A DNA stretch of 64,000 nucleotides from IMG/VR virus record IMGVR_UViG_3300032896_000001, positions 41,096 to 105,095 of that record; one strand, given 5' to 3'. Origin of the DNA: a virus. This document shows, in pieces, positions 8,868 to 17,527 of this stretch. Each line of letters begins with the position of its first letter. Position 1 is the first letter of the stretch. Both the position numbers and the translations under genes were made by a program. The notes beneath the pieces were generated by a model. That model did not search any database and was not told where the DNA came from. It saw nothing but the letters and a program-made list of their open reading frames with translations.

Positions 8868-9851
8868 GTGGCTTACCCAGCCCTAACAGAGCGCCCAGGA
8901 TCGCTGTCCGCCACCGGCTTCGCGGTGGAGACCGACTTCGGGGAAGCGGTCAGCGCGACCACATTTCTCCCCATGACCAGCAACGGGATGGAGTACGACC
9001 CGGGCTGGTTCTCCCCGACGCTGATGATGGGCGACCGGGACAAGCAGGTTTTCAACCTCGAGGGCGAGGCGAAGAACGTCGGGACGATCGAGGGGCCGCT
9101 GTTCCCCTCGAACGCGATCCCGCTGCTGGTCGCGGCGATCGGCACGGACGCGGTGACGGGCTCGTCGCCGTCGTACACGCACACTTTGAGCCAGGCGAAC
9201 ACGCTCGCGTCGCTGACGGTCGAGAAGAACCTCGGCAACTACCAGAGCCTGCAATTCGCCGGGTGCAGGGTCGGGAAGTTCTCGGTCAAGGCGCCGGTCG
9301 GCAACGACCCGGTGATGATCAGCGCGGACATGTCCGGGCAGTCGGTGGCGATCCTCACCAGCCCGACCGCGATCAGCGTCACGAACGAGCTGCCGTGGGT
9401 GTTCTCCGAGGCGTCGTTCTCCCTCGGCGGGTCGGCCCGCGCGGACATCACGAACGTGACGCTCGACATCGACAACGGGCTGAAGGAGACCTGGACGTAC
9501 TCGGGCGAGCACGGGCCGTCGTTCATCACCCCGGTCAGCCTTCACGTCTCCGGCACCTGCGACGTCGTGTGGACGAGCCTGAACGCGGCGACGTACGGCG
9601 ACTTCACCACGATGCTCGACCAGACCCTCGGGGCGCTGTCGCTCTCGTTCACCCACCCCGGGGGGAGCGGCGCGTCGGTCACGTTCAACTGCCCGCAAGT
9701 CGTCCTGAGCAAGTTTGGGGCAGATCTAAAATTCGACGACGTAATCATGTCGAGCTGGTCCTGGGAGGCGAGCCGCCCGCTAAGCGGCGGCAGCGAGTAC
9801 ACCATCCAGGCGGTCGTGGTGAACTCGGTTTCCACCGCCTACACCGGCTGA
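8868..9851 (+). CDS. Major tail (tube) protein
   Basis: AAGGAGG RBS; G.A.ET.FG, YTHTL, SLTVEK, FAGCRV tail-tube motifs; followed by terminator, chaperone and TMP. Confidence 0.85.
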   Translation: MAYPALTERPGSLSATGFAVETDFGEAVSATTFLPMTSNGMEYDPGWFSPTLMMGDRDKQVFNLEGEAKNVGTIEGPLFPSNAIPLLVAAIGTDAVTGSSPSYTHTLSQANTLASLTVEKNLGNYQSLQFAGCRVGKFSVKAPVGNDPVMISADMSGQSVAILTSPTAISVTNELPWVFSEASFSLGGSARADITNVTLDIDNGLKETWTYSGEHGPSFITPVSLHVSGTCDVVWTSLNAATYGDFTTMLDQTLGALSLSFTHPGGSGASVTFNCPQVVLSKFGADLKFDDVIMSSWSWEASRPLSGGSEYTIQAVVVNSVSTAYTG

Positions 9852-9874
9852 CCTGCGTCTTCCTAGCCATTCTC

Positions 9875-9906
9875 AGCCCCTCGGATAACCGTCCGAGGGC
9901 TTTTTC
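9875..9906 (+). terminator. Intrinsic terminator after tail tube gene
   Basis: agcccctcgga...tccgagggc followed by ttttt. Confidence 0.75.
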
Positions 9907-9933
9907 ATTCCCGCACAAGAAAGGCTTTCCCGC

Positions 9934-10434
9934 GTGGGCTTTCTCGCCGCATCCGGTTACGAGGGCACCGAGGAGATAGACCTCGGCAACGGGTACTGGG
10001 TGAAAATCAAAAAGTGCATCAGCCACGCCGAGTACCAGCGGGTCCAGGACCACCTCGGCGGCGGCAAGATGAGCGTGAACATGGACGGGAACCGGTTCGC
10101 GCAGATGGACGTGGGCGCCTCCCAGGTGGAGCTCGTCGCCGCCTCCGTCGTCGACTGGAACCTCGACGACGACAACGGGGAGAAGTGGCCGCTGACCCCG
10201 CCGGCCGCCCTGAAGGCGAGCCTCGCCCGCCTGCCGGCCCCCGCGTTCATGAAGGTCTACAAGGCGTGCGACGAGCTGAACGGCCCCCGCAAGGGGACTG
10301 ATGCCGTCAACTTTCCTGACGAGCCTGTCGGCGGCGATACGGATGGGGACGGCGGGGCCTCCGATATTCCAGAAGTTCCTGATGGAGCGGGAATGGTGGA
10401 CGCAGCTGGGGATGGCGGGCACGCCGCTTTCTGA
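9934..10434 (+). CDS. Tail assembly chaperone (gpG-like)
   Basis: Between tail tube and TMP; ASVVDWNLDDDNG motif. Confidence 0.75.
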   Translation: MGFLAASGYEGTEEIDLGNGYWVKIKKCISHAEYQRVQDHLGGGKMSVNMDGNRFAQMDVGASQVELVAASVVDWNLDDDNGEKWPLTPPAALKASLARLPAPAFMKVYKACDELNGPRKGTDAVNFPDEPVGGDTDGDGGASDIPEVPDGAGMVDAAGDGGHAAF

Positions 10435-10531
10435 GCGGCCCCACCGGGAAGTCGCCGACTACGAGCTGATCATCGCGATGCTGCGGCGAGACGAGAACGC
10501 CCGCGCCGCGCAGGCGAACAGGCGCAAGTAA
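10301..10531 (+). CDS. Tail assembly chaperone extension (gpT-like), probably reached by frameshift
   Basis: Overlapping +1 frame ending just before the TMP. Confidence 0.6.
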   Translation: MPSTFLTSLSAAIRMGTAGPPIFQKFLMEREWWTQLGMAGTPLSERPHREVADYELIIAMLRRDENARAAQANRRK

Positions 10532-10569
10532 GCCGCACCGGCCCCCCTTACCCCGTCTGGCGGTGAGCG

Positions 10570-13500
10570 GTGGCAGGCGCCGAGAGCTTTACCGTGCTTG
10601 CGATCCTCGAGGCCCGTGATGCGGCCAGCGAGATCTTCGCCAAGATCGACGAGTCTCTCGACAAGTTCGGCGAGACCGCGGCGAAGGCGGCGGAGACCGC
10701 CAGGGGCGCGGGCGACAGCATCGACGAGTCGCTGCTCCACACCGCCTCCGGCGCCGACGCCCTGGACCTCGCGACCGCCCGGGTGGTCGCGACCCAGGAG
10801 AAGGCGACGCGGACGGCGGAGGCGCAGGCCGATGCCGAGCGGGCGCTGCTGGAGGCGTACCGGGCCTCGCAAGGGGCGGCGGACGACGATGTCGCCTCGC
10901 AGTACCGGCTCCTGGAGGCCCAGCAGCTGCTGACCGCCAAGTCGAAGGAGAACGCGGCGGCGCAGAAGGACCTGAGCGCCGCGCAGAAACTCCAGGCCGA
11001 CACGGCCGAGGCGGCGGCCGCGAAGAACGACGAGGCGGCCGCCAGCACGACCGCCGTGAAGGACGCCAGCGAGGCCGGCGGGATCAGCCTCGGCACGATG
11101 GGGAAGGTCGCGGGCATCACCGCCCTGGGCCTCGGGGTCGCGGCGGCGGTCATGGTCAAGGCCGCCGGGAACTTCCAGTCCAGCACCACCCACCTGGTCA
11201 CTGACGCGGGCGAGTCCGCGTCGAAGCTCGCCATGGTGCAGGCCGGGATCCTGAACGTGTCGACGGCGACCGGCACCGCGGCCTCCGACGTCACGACCGC
11301 GATGTACCACATCGAGTCCGGCGGGATGCACGCCCAGGAGGGGCTGAACGTCCTGAAGGTCGCCGCGGAGGGCGCGAAGGTCGGCAACGCGGACCTCGGC
11401 ACCGTGTCCCAGACGCTCGTCGGCACCCTGAACGCCTACTACGGCAGCACGATGAACGCGGGCAACGCGACGCAGCGGTCCACGTCGATGATGAACGAGC
11501 TCATCGCGATCGTCGGGTCCGGCGACATGACGATGCAGCAGCTCGCCTCCTCCATCTCCTCTGTCGCGCCGATCGCGTCGAAGGCCGGCATCAGCCTCGC
11601 CCAGGTCGGCGGCGCGATCGCCACGATGACCAGCCAGAACATGTCCGCCAACCAGGCGACGCAGGATCTCGCGCACACCATCAGCGCCCTGCAGAACCCG
11701 TCGTCGATCCAGACGGCGGAGATGGCTCAGCTCGGCCTGAGCTCGACGAAGGTCAGCCAGAACCTCGGCAAGGAAGGGCTCACCGGGACCATCGCCACGC
11801 TGACCGGCGCGATCACATCGCACATGGGACCGGCCGGCACCGTCCTCATGAACGCCTTCAACCAGAGCAAGACCGCCTCGGCGGACGCGAACACGATGCT
11901 GTCGAAGCTGCCCGCCTCGATCCAGTCGGTCGCCAAGGGGTACCTCGACGGGACGGTCAGCTACAACACCTGGTACGCGGCGACGAAGAGCCTGCCGCTG
12001 GTGGCGCGGACGATGGCGGACCAGTTCGCGTCGACCGCCGGGAAGGCCCACGGGTTCAACAGCATCCTGGCCGCCGGGGGCCCCGCGGCGCAGACCTACA
12101 GCGCGGCGCTGTCGAAGATGATGGGCGGCCAGATGGGCCTCAACACGGCCCTGATGCTGTCCGGGAAGAACCAGGGGACTTTCGACAAGAACGCCGCGAC
12201 CGCCGCGAGGGCCGCCGCCGCGGGGGGGTCCGCCGTCCAGAACTGGGCGGCGATCCAGGGGACGTTCAACCAGAAGGTCGACGTCGCGAAGACCGGCATC
12301 GAGAACACCGGCATCGCGATCGGGACCGCCCTGCTGCCCGCCGTGACGTCGGTCCTGTCGGCGATCACCCGGGTCATCATCCCGATCGCGGAGTGGACCG
12401 CCAAGCACCGGACCCTCACCGAGGTCATCTTCGTCTCGGTGACCGCGATCGCCGCCGTGATCGCGGTCATCGCGATAGCGAAGAAGGCGTTCGACGCCGT
12501 GTCCGGCGCGGTGAAGACCGTGCAGGCCACCCTCAAGGCGCTCGGGATCATCTCCAAGGAGACCGCCGACACGCAGGCCGCCTCGGCCGAGTCCGCCGCG
12601 GCGGCGCAGGAGTCGTCGTCGGCGGAGGCCTCGGCGGCGATGACGGCGGACGCCGAGGAGGTCGCGGCCGCCAACGACGAGGCGGCCGCAGAGTCGTCGG
12701 CGTCCTGGCTGACGGCCGCGACCGAGCAGATCGCCACGGCCGCCGGGTGGGTGGCCGAGCAGGCGGTCAAGGTCGCCTCGGTCGTCGCGTCCAACGTGGC
12801 GGCCGCCGCGACGACCGCGGGGGCGTGGGTCGCTGCGGGGGCGCAGCAGGTCGCCGGGGCGGCCGTGTGGGTGGCGCAGACCGTCGCGAAGGTCGCCGTC
12901 ATCGTCGCGAGCAACGTGGCCGGGGCGGCCGTCACCCTGGCGGCGTGGGTCGCGGCGAACGCCGCGATGCTGCTGGGGATCGCCCTGATCGTCGCCGCCG
13001 TCGTCGCGGCGGTCCTGTTGATCGTCAAGTACTGGAAGCAGATCTCGGACGCCGCCAAGGAGGCGTTCGATTTCGTGATCCAGATCGCCGAGACCGTATT
13101 CGACTGGGTGAAGGCGCACTGGCCGCTGCTGCTCGCGATCCTGCTCGGGCCGTTCGCCGTCGCGGCGCTGGAGATCGCCGCCCACTACAAGCAGATCCTC
13201 AAGGCCGTGTCCGACGCGATCGACTGGGTGAAGTCCAACTGGCCGCGCCTGCTGGAAATTCTTACCGAGCCGATCGATTCTGCTGTCACGTGGATAGAAC
13301 AGAGATTCGATCAGATACGGTCCGGGGCGGCGTCCCTCGTCGGCGACCTGGTCCATTTCTTCACCACGCTTCCCTCTCGCATCATCGGCGCCCTCGGCAA
13401 CGTCGGCTCGATGCTGTTCGGCGCCGGCGAGAAGATCATCCAGGGGCTCATCAACGGCATCGAGAACATGGTCGGCTCGGTGGGGTCCGCGATCGGGTCG

Positions 13501-13890
13501 ATCGCCTCGACCATCAAGTCGTTCCTGCCGTTCTCCCCGGCCAAGCGCGGCCCGCTGTCCGGGGCGGGCGACCCGTCGAACTCCGGCAAGTCGATCGCGA
13601 AGAAGCTCGCGCAGGGGATCACCGCCGGGAAGGGCGAGGTCGCCGCGGCCGCGCACGCGCTCGCCGGGTCGGTGACGACCGGGACGTCCGGGGGCATGGG
13701 CGGGCTCGCGCTCAGCGCCGCCGGCGGCGCGGGCGCGGCGGCCGCGGGCGCGGGGGGCGTGAACCTCACCATCGACCTGCGCGGGGCGTCGATCATGAGC
13801 GACAGCGACGTCAACAACCTGGTGCGCAAGCTCGGGCCGGCCGTTGTGAAGGCTCTGAACCAGGCCGGGATCAAGGTGAGGATGCCTTGA
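10570..13890 (+). CDS. Tape measure protein
   Basis: 1106 aa, Ala-rich helical, TP901-like core, Trp-spaced repeats, C-terminal LPFSPAKRGPLSG. Confidence 0.95.
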   Translation: MAGAESFTVLAILEARDAASEIFAKIDESLDKFGETAAKAAETARGAGDSIDESLLHTASGADALDLATARVVATQEKATRTAEAQADAERALLEAYRASQGAADDDVASQYRLLEAQQLLTAKSKENAAAQKDLSAAQKLQADTAEAAAAKNDEAAASTTAVKDASEAGGISLGTMGKVAGITALGLGVAAAVMVKAAGNFQSSTTHLVTDAGESASKLAMVQAGILNVSTATGTAASDVTTAMYHIESGGMHAQEGLNVLKVAAEGAKVGNADLGTVSQTLVGTLNAYYGSTMNAGNATQRSTSMMNELIAIVGSGDMTMQQLASSISSVAPIASKAGISLAQVGGAIATMTSQNMSANQATQDLAHTISALQNPSSIQTAEMAQLGLSSTKVSQNLGKEGLTGTIATLTGAITSHMGPAGTVLMNAFNQSKTASADANTMLSKLPASIQSVAKGYLDGTVSYNTWYAATKSLPLVARTMADQFASTAGKAHGFNSILAAGGPAAQTYSAALSKMMGGQMGLNTALMLSGKNQGTFDKNAATAARAAAAGGSAVQNWAAIQGTFNQKVDVAKTGIENTGIAIGTALLPAVTSVLSAITRVIIPIAEWTAKHRTLTEVIFVSVTAIAAVIAVIAIAKKAFDAVSGAVKTVQATLKALGIISKETADTQAASAESAAAAQESSSAEASAAMTADAEEVAAANDEAAAESSASWLTAATEQIATAAGWVAEQAVKVASVVASNVAAAATTAGAWVAAGAQQVAGAAVWVAQTVAKVAVIVASNVAGAAVTLAAWVAANAAMLLGIALIVAAVVAAVLLIVKYWKQISDAAKEAFDFVIQIAETVFDWVKAHWPLLLAILLGPFAVAALEIAAHYKQILKAVSDAIDWVKSNWPRLLEILTEPIDSAVTWIEQRFDQIRSGAASLVGDLVHFFTTLPSRIIGALGNVGSMLFGAGEKIIQGLINGIENMVGSVGSAIGSIASTIKSFLPFSPAKRGPLSGAGDPSNSGKSIAKKLAQGITAGKGEVAAAAHALAGSVTTGTSGGMGGLALSAAGGAGAAAAGAGGVNLTIDLRGASIMSDSDVNNLVRKLGPAVVKALNQAGIKVRMP

Positions 13891-13912
13891 CGCGCAGGGC
13901 GGGGGGGTCTGC

Positions 13913-15295
13913 GTGGTCGCCAGGCCGAACCTGACCCTGACCCTCACCCCTCCGGGCGGCAGCCCGGTCCAGGTTCAGTCGATGCTCGCCTACGAGGGCC
14001 ACAGCAACGACTTCACCATCACGCAGAACTTCGGCCGGCAGGGCGACACCGCGTCGTTCCCGCTGGTCGACGAGTACTCGGGGACGCCGAACCTGGCCTA
14101 TGTCGAGCCGATGACGCTGGTGTCGCTTTACGACGGGAACTGCTCGCAGACGCTGTTCGCCGGGGTCGTCAGCGACCCGAACCTGTCGCCGACGAGCCCG
14201 ACCCGCAACGAGTGGACGCTCAACTGCACCGACTACACCTATTACGCGGACAAAGCGATCGTGCACGGCGTCTACAACGGGCTGACCGCGGACGTGGTGA
14301 TCGTCGACCTGGTGGCGCAGGCGAACTGCGGGATCAGCGCCGCGACGGTCGCGGACGGCGGGTTCGTCGCCCCGGGTCCGGTGCTGCCGAACCTGATCCT
14401 CAACTACGGCAGCCTGAGCGACGCGTGGCGGAAGCTGGCGACCCTCGCCGGGGCGGCGACCCCGTACGGGTGGTACGTCGACCAGAACCGGGCGCTCCAC
14501 TTCTTCGACGCGAGCACGGCGATCGACTCCGGGGTGACGGTCACCACGACGCCGACCGTCGGCGGGTCGACGACCCAGTGCCACATGCTGCTCGACAATA
14601 CGAACAATTACGAGTGGGATGGCACATCATTGCACAATAAGGTACTTGTGCAGGGCGCCACCCAGACGATCTCGCAGCCGACGAGCGGGCCCGCCACGGA
14701 CGTGTGGCTCGCCGACGGCGCGCAGCAGGCATGGCCGCTCCGCTACACCGTCTCCGGCACCCCGTCGCTGACCGTCGGCGGCGTCAGCCAGACCGTGACG
14801 TCGGTGACGCCCGGGACCGCCTCCCCGTCCGGCTGGTCATGCCAGCAGAACGCGTTCGGCCAGTACTTCCTCTGGTCGTCGACCCCGCCCGGCGCCGGGA
14901 ACGTCATCGAATGCTGGTACTCCTACCAGGTGCCCGTCGTCGCCCAGGCCACCGACTACAGCTCCGTCGCCACCTACAACGGGCCGAACGGCGGGGTCTT
15001 CGCCGAGTTCATCTCCGACACGACCCTCACGACCGCGCCGATGGCATTGGCCCGCGCGCAGCAGGAACGGCAGGAGTACGCGTTCGCCGCCGAGAAGTGC
15101 ACCTTCAACACCAGCGAGGACTTCCTCGGCTGGGTGAGGGCCGGCGACACCTTCACCTACGTGAACCAGTTCATCCCCGACTCCGAGCGGTCATGGGCGC
15201 TCGGGGTGAACGACACGTTCATCTGCACCGCGAACACCATCACGTTCGGCACCGGCGGTTATCGCCAAATGCAGCCGACCGGGGTCCGGCTCTGA
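13913..15295 (+). CDS. Minor tail protein (hub/Tal-like)
   Basis: Follows TMP; WYVDQNRALHFF motif. Confidence 0.75.
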   Translation: MVARPNLTLTLTPPGGSPVQVQSMLAYEGHSNDFTITQNFGRQGDTASFPLVDEYSGTPNLAYVEPMTLVSLYDGNCSQTLFAGVVSDPNLSPTSPTRNEWTLNCTDYTYYADKAIVHGVYNGLTADVVIVDLVAQANCGISAATVADGGFVAPGPVLPNLILNYGSLSDAWRKLATLAGAATPYGWYVDQNRALHFFDASTAIDSGVTVTTTPTVGGSTTQCHMLLDNTNNYEWDGTSLHNKVLVQGATQTISQPTSGPATDVWLADGAQQAWPLRYTVSGTPSLTVGGVSQTVTSVTPGTASPSGWSCQQNAFGQYFLWSSTPPGAGNVIECWYSYQVPVVAQATDYSSVATYNGPNGGVFAEFISDTTLTTAPMALARAQQERQEYAFAAEKCTFNTSEDFLGWVRAGDTFTYVNQFIPDSERSWALGVNDTFICTANTITFGTGGYRQMQPTGVRL

Positions 15296-15390
15296 CGTGA
15301 AGAGCAAGGGCGGGGCTTAACCGGACGTGACCCGGAGGCGCTCCCGCCGCCCAAGCCACGCCTACATGATAACCGGGGGTGGCCTGACCG

Positions 15391-15600
15391 ATGCCCGGCG
15401 TCTTCCGCCCGTCCACACTCGCGGACGTCCTCAACACGATCCAGCAGCAGGCGATCGGCGACACCGACACCAGCGTCTCCGGGGTCGGCTACATCGCGGA
15501 GGCCGACGACCAGATGACCGTGGCCGACTCCGCGACCGCGACGGCCGGGACGAACCCGACGTGGGGAAACGGCGAGTGGGGCTCGGTGGCCTGGTCATGA
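15391..15600 (+). CDS. Small minor tail protein
   Basis: C-terminal WGNGEWG; ATGA coupling. Confidence 0.6.
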   Translation: MPGVFRPSTLADVLNTIQQQAIGDTDTSVSGVGYIAEADDQMTVADSATATAGTNPTWGNGEWGSVAWS

Positions 15601-16118
15601 TCGCCGCCGAGGGCATCCCGCTGAACGGCCGGCTGTCGGTCTCCGTCATCCGCCCGGACGGCACGATCCGCGACCGGCGCGAGGGCCGCAACGTCGTCTG
15701 CGCCGCCGGGTACACCGCGCTCGCGGCGGCGCTCGTGTGGTCCGGGATCCAGGACCAGGCGAACAACCTCGGCGTCACCTCCCCGACCTTCCTGACTCCC
15801 CTGTACGGGGCGGTCGGCAGCGGCTCCGGCACCCCGGCCAACAGCGACACGGCGCTGTTCTCCGAGCTCGGCCGGCAGACGGTCGGGGCGGGGGCGTCGA
15901 GCCCGGCCACGTCGAGCATCCCGGCCGAGGCGACGTTCCTCTTCTACTTCCCGCAGCAGCTCGCGACGTGGACCGTCACCGAGGCGGGGGCGTTCGCCGG
16001 GGGAACCTCCGCGGCGGGGTCGGGGACGCTGCTCGACCACTGGGCGTTCAGCCCGTCCGTCACCGTGCCCACAACCGACACGCTGCTTTTGCAGATCAGT
16101 CTGCTGCTAGGGCCTTGA
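15597..16118 (+). CDS. Minor tail protein (fibre-anchor type)
   Basis: AVGSGSGTP..SDTALFSELGR...TEAG.F motif. Confidence 0.7.
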   Translation: MIAAEGIPLNGRLSVSVIRPDGTIRDRREGRNVVCAAGYTALAAALVWSGIQDQANNLGVTSPTFLTPLYGAVGSGSGTPANSDTALFSELGRQTVGAGASSPATSSIPAEATFLFYFPQQLATWTVTEAGAFAGGTSAAGSGTLLDHWAFSPSVTVPTTDTLLLQISLLLGP

Positions 16119-16199
16119 ATTCGAAAACAGCCGCTCGCAGCGCCATCTTACCGGGCCTGCCGCCCCCGCGCTCGTTCTCGCAGTCACCGGGGGTGAGCG

Positions 16200-16922
16200 T
16201 TGCCCACCCCGGCATGGCTAGGCGCGACCAGCGGATACAACGCGTACGCAGGCCAGATAAACCAATTCTTGGGCGTTCACGCCATTTCGTACATTTATCA
16301 GGGCGTCGAGACCGCCATCGAGCCGACCCTCGGGAGCGGGACCGTGAGCAGCGACGGGCTTTACGTCGCCCAGTCGTTCGCGACCGCCGCGGGCCAGACC
16401 GCGATCGGGTACGTCACGGCGGAGGTCGGGGTCACGGGGTCGCCGGGGCCGCTGGCGGTCAGTGTCCAGGCGAGCTCCGGCGGGGCGCCGTCGGGGACGG
16501 CGCTGGTGACGACGATGCTCCCGGAGGAGCTCGCGGGGACTCCCGCGTCGGTGATGCTCCCGGTGACCGGGCTCACGGCGGCCACGACGTACTGGATCGT
16601 CTTCGCCGCGGCCGGCGACGCGAGCGACTACTTCACCCTTTACAAGAGCAACCAGACCTCCGGCGTTTCCACCAGCGCGAACGGCACGTCGTGGACCGCG
16701 CAGGCTTACGGGATCGTGTACGCCGTGTACGACCAGTCGCCCGTCGCGCCGCTCGCGGGCACATGGGAGGACTCCGGGGCCCGCTGGACGGCCCTGGCCT
16801 ACAACGGGTCCGGGCAGCTGTCGGGGCTGAAGGAGTTCACGACGGGGCAGTCCGCGGCCGGCTACACGGCGTCGTCCCGGGCGCTGTCGTACTCCGGGAC
16901 GCTCCCGGCGGGGGTGGCCTAG
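16200..16922 (+). CDS. Minor tail/receptor-binding protein
   Basis: AQSF.T...TTYWIV beta-sandwich motif; paralogous to 17528..19411. Confidence 0.65.
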   Translation: MPTPAWLGATSGYNAYAGQINQFLGVHAISYIYQGVETAIEPTLGSGTVSSDGLYVAQSFATAAGQTAIGYVTAEVGVTGSPGPLAVSVQASSGGAPSGTALVTTMLPEELAGTPASVMLPVTGLTAATTYWIVFAAAGDASDYFTLYKSNQTSGVSTSANGTSWTAQAYGIVYAVYDQSPVAPLAGTWEDSGARWTALAYNGSGQLSGLKEFTTGQSAAGYTASSRALSYSGTLPAGVA

Positions 16923-17492
16923 ATGGCGAGCACGATCGAGCTGCTGCTGCTCGCCCTGCGGGACTCCCGGCCGCCCGTCGCCTCGTGGACGAGCATCGCG
17001 ACCCACGCCAACGCGAACTCGACGACGCCGCTGCAGCTCACCGACGCGTGGACGATCCCCGCCTACGACGCGCAGCCGGGCACCATCTACGAGGTGGAGT
17101 GCCCGTTCTCCGGGCTGTGGGAGGGCGAGGCGCTCACCTTCGAGATCAGCGTCGACGGGTCGTCCTCGGGGATAGCGGACGTCACGGTCGGCGCCGTGTT
17201 CCTCTCCTCGGCGACCACGTTCGCGGGGACGGTGCGGGCGAAGATCCAGTTCACCGCGACGGGGGCGTCCGGGAACTTCACGGCGTTCATCGACGGGACG
17301 ATGGGCGACCTGGCGGCGAACCGGATCTCCGGGTCCAGCGGGAACACGGTGACGCTCAACGGGCAGGGGCTCACGAACGCCCTGAACACCACCACGTCGC
17401 ACACCATCCAGCTCAGCACGGCATGGGGCGCGGCGGCGACGGGGCAGACGGTCACCGGGCAGGGCAGCACGTACACCCGGAAGGGCCCGTGA
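16923..17492 (+). CDS. Minor tail protein
   Basis: Beta-rich; adjacent in operon. Confidence 0.55.
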   Translation: MASTIELLLLALRDSRPPVASWTSIATHANANSTTPLQLTDAWTIPAYDAQPGTIYEVECPFSGLWEGEALTFEISVDGSSSGIADVTVGAVFLSSATTFAGTVRAKIQFTATGASGNFTAFIDGTMGDLAANRISGSSGNTVTLNGQGLTNALNTTTSHTIQLSTAWGAAATGQTVTGQGSTYTRKGP

Positions 17493-17527
17493 CGGCGCCC
17501 CCTGGCCGGGAACCCTAGGCGGCCCCG

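Noticed and set aside
10459-13947. 1162-aa minus-strand ORF and many other long Arg/Pro-rich ORFs
   Set aside because: Shadow frames of real genes in high-GC DNA; no RBS or motifs
15305-15356. Possible twister-like ribozyme hairpin
   Set aside because: Folds as a hairpin, but conserved catalytic and pseudoknot nucleotides could not be matched
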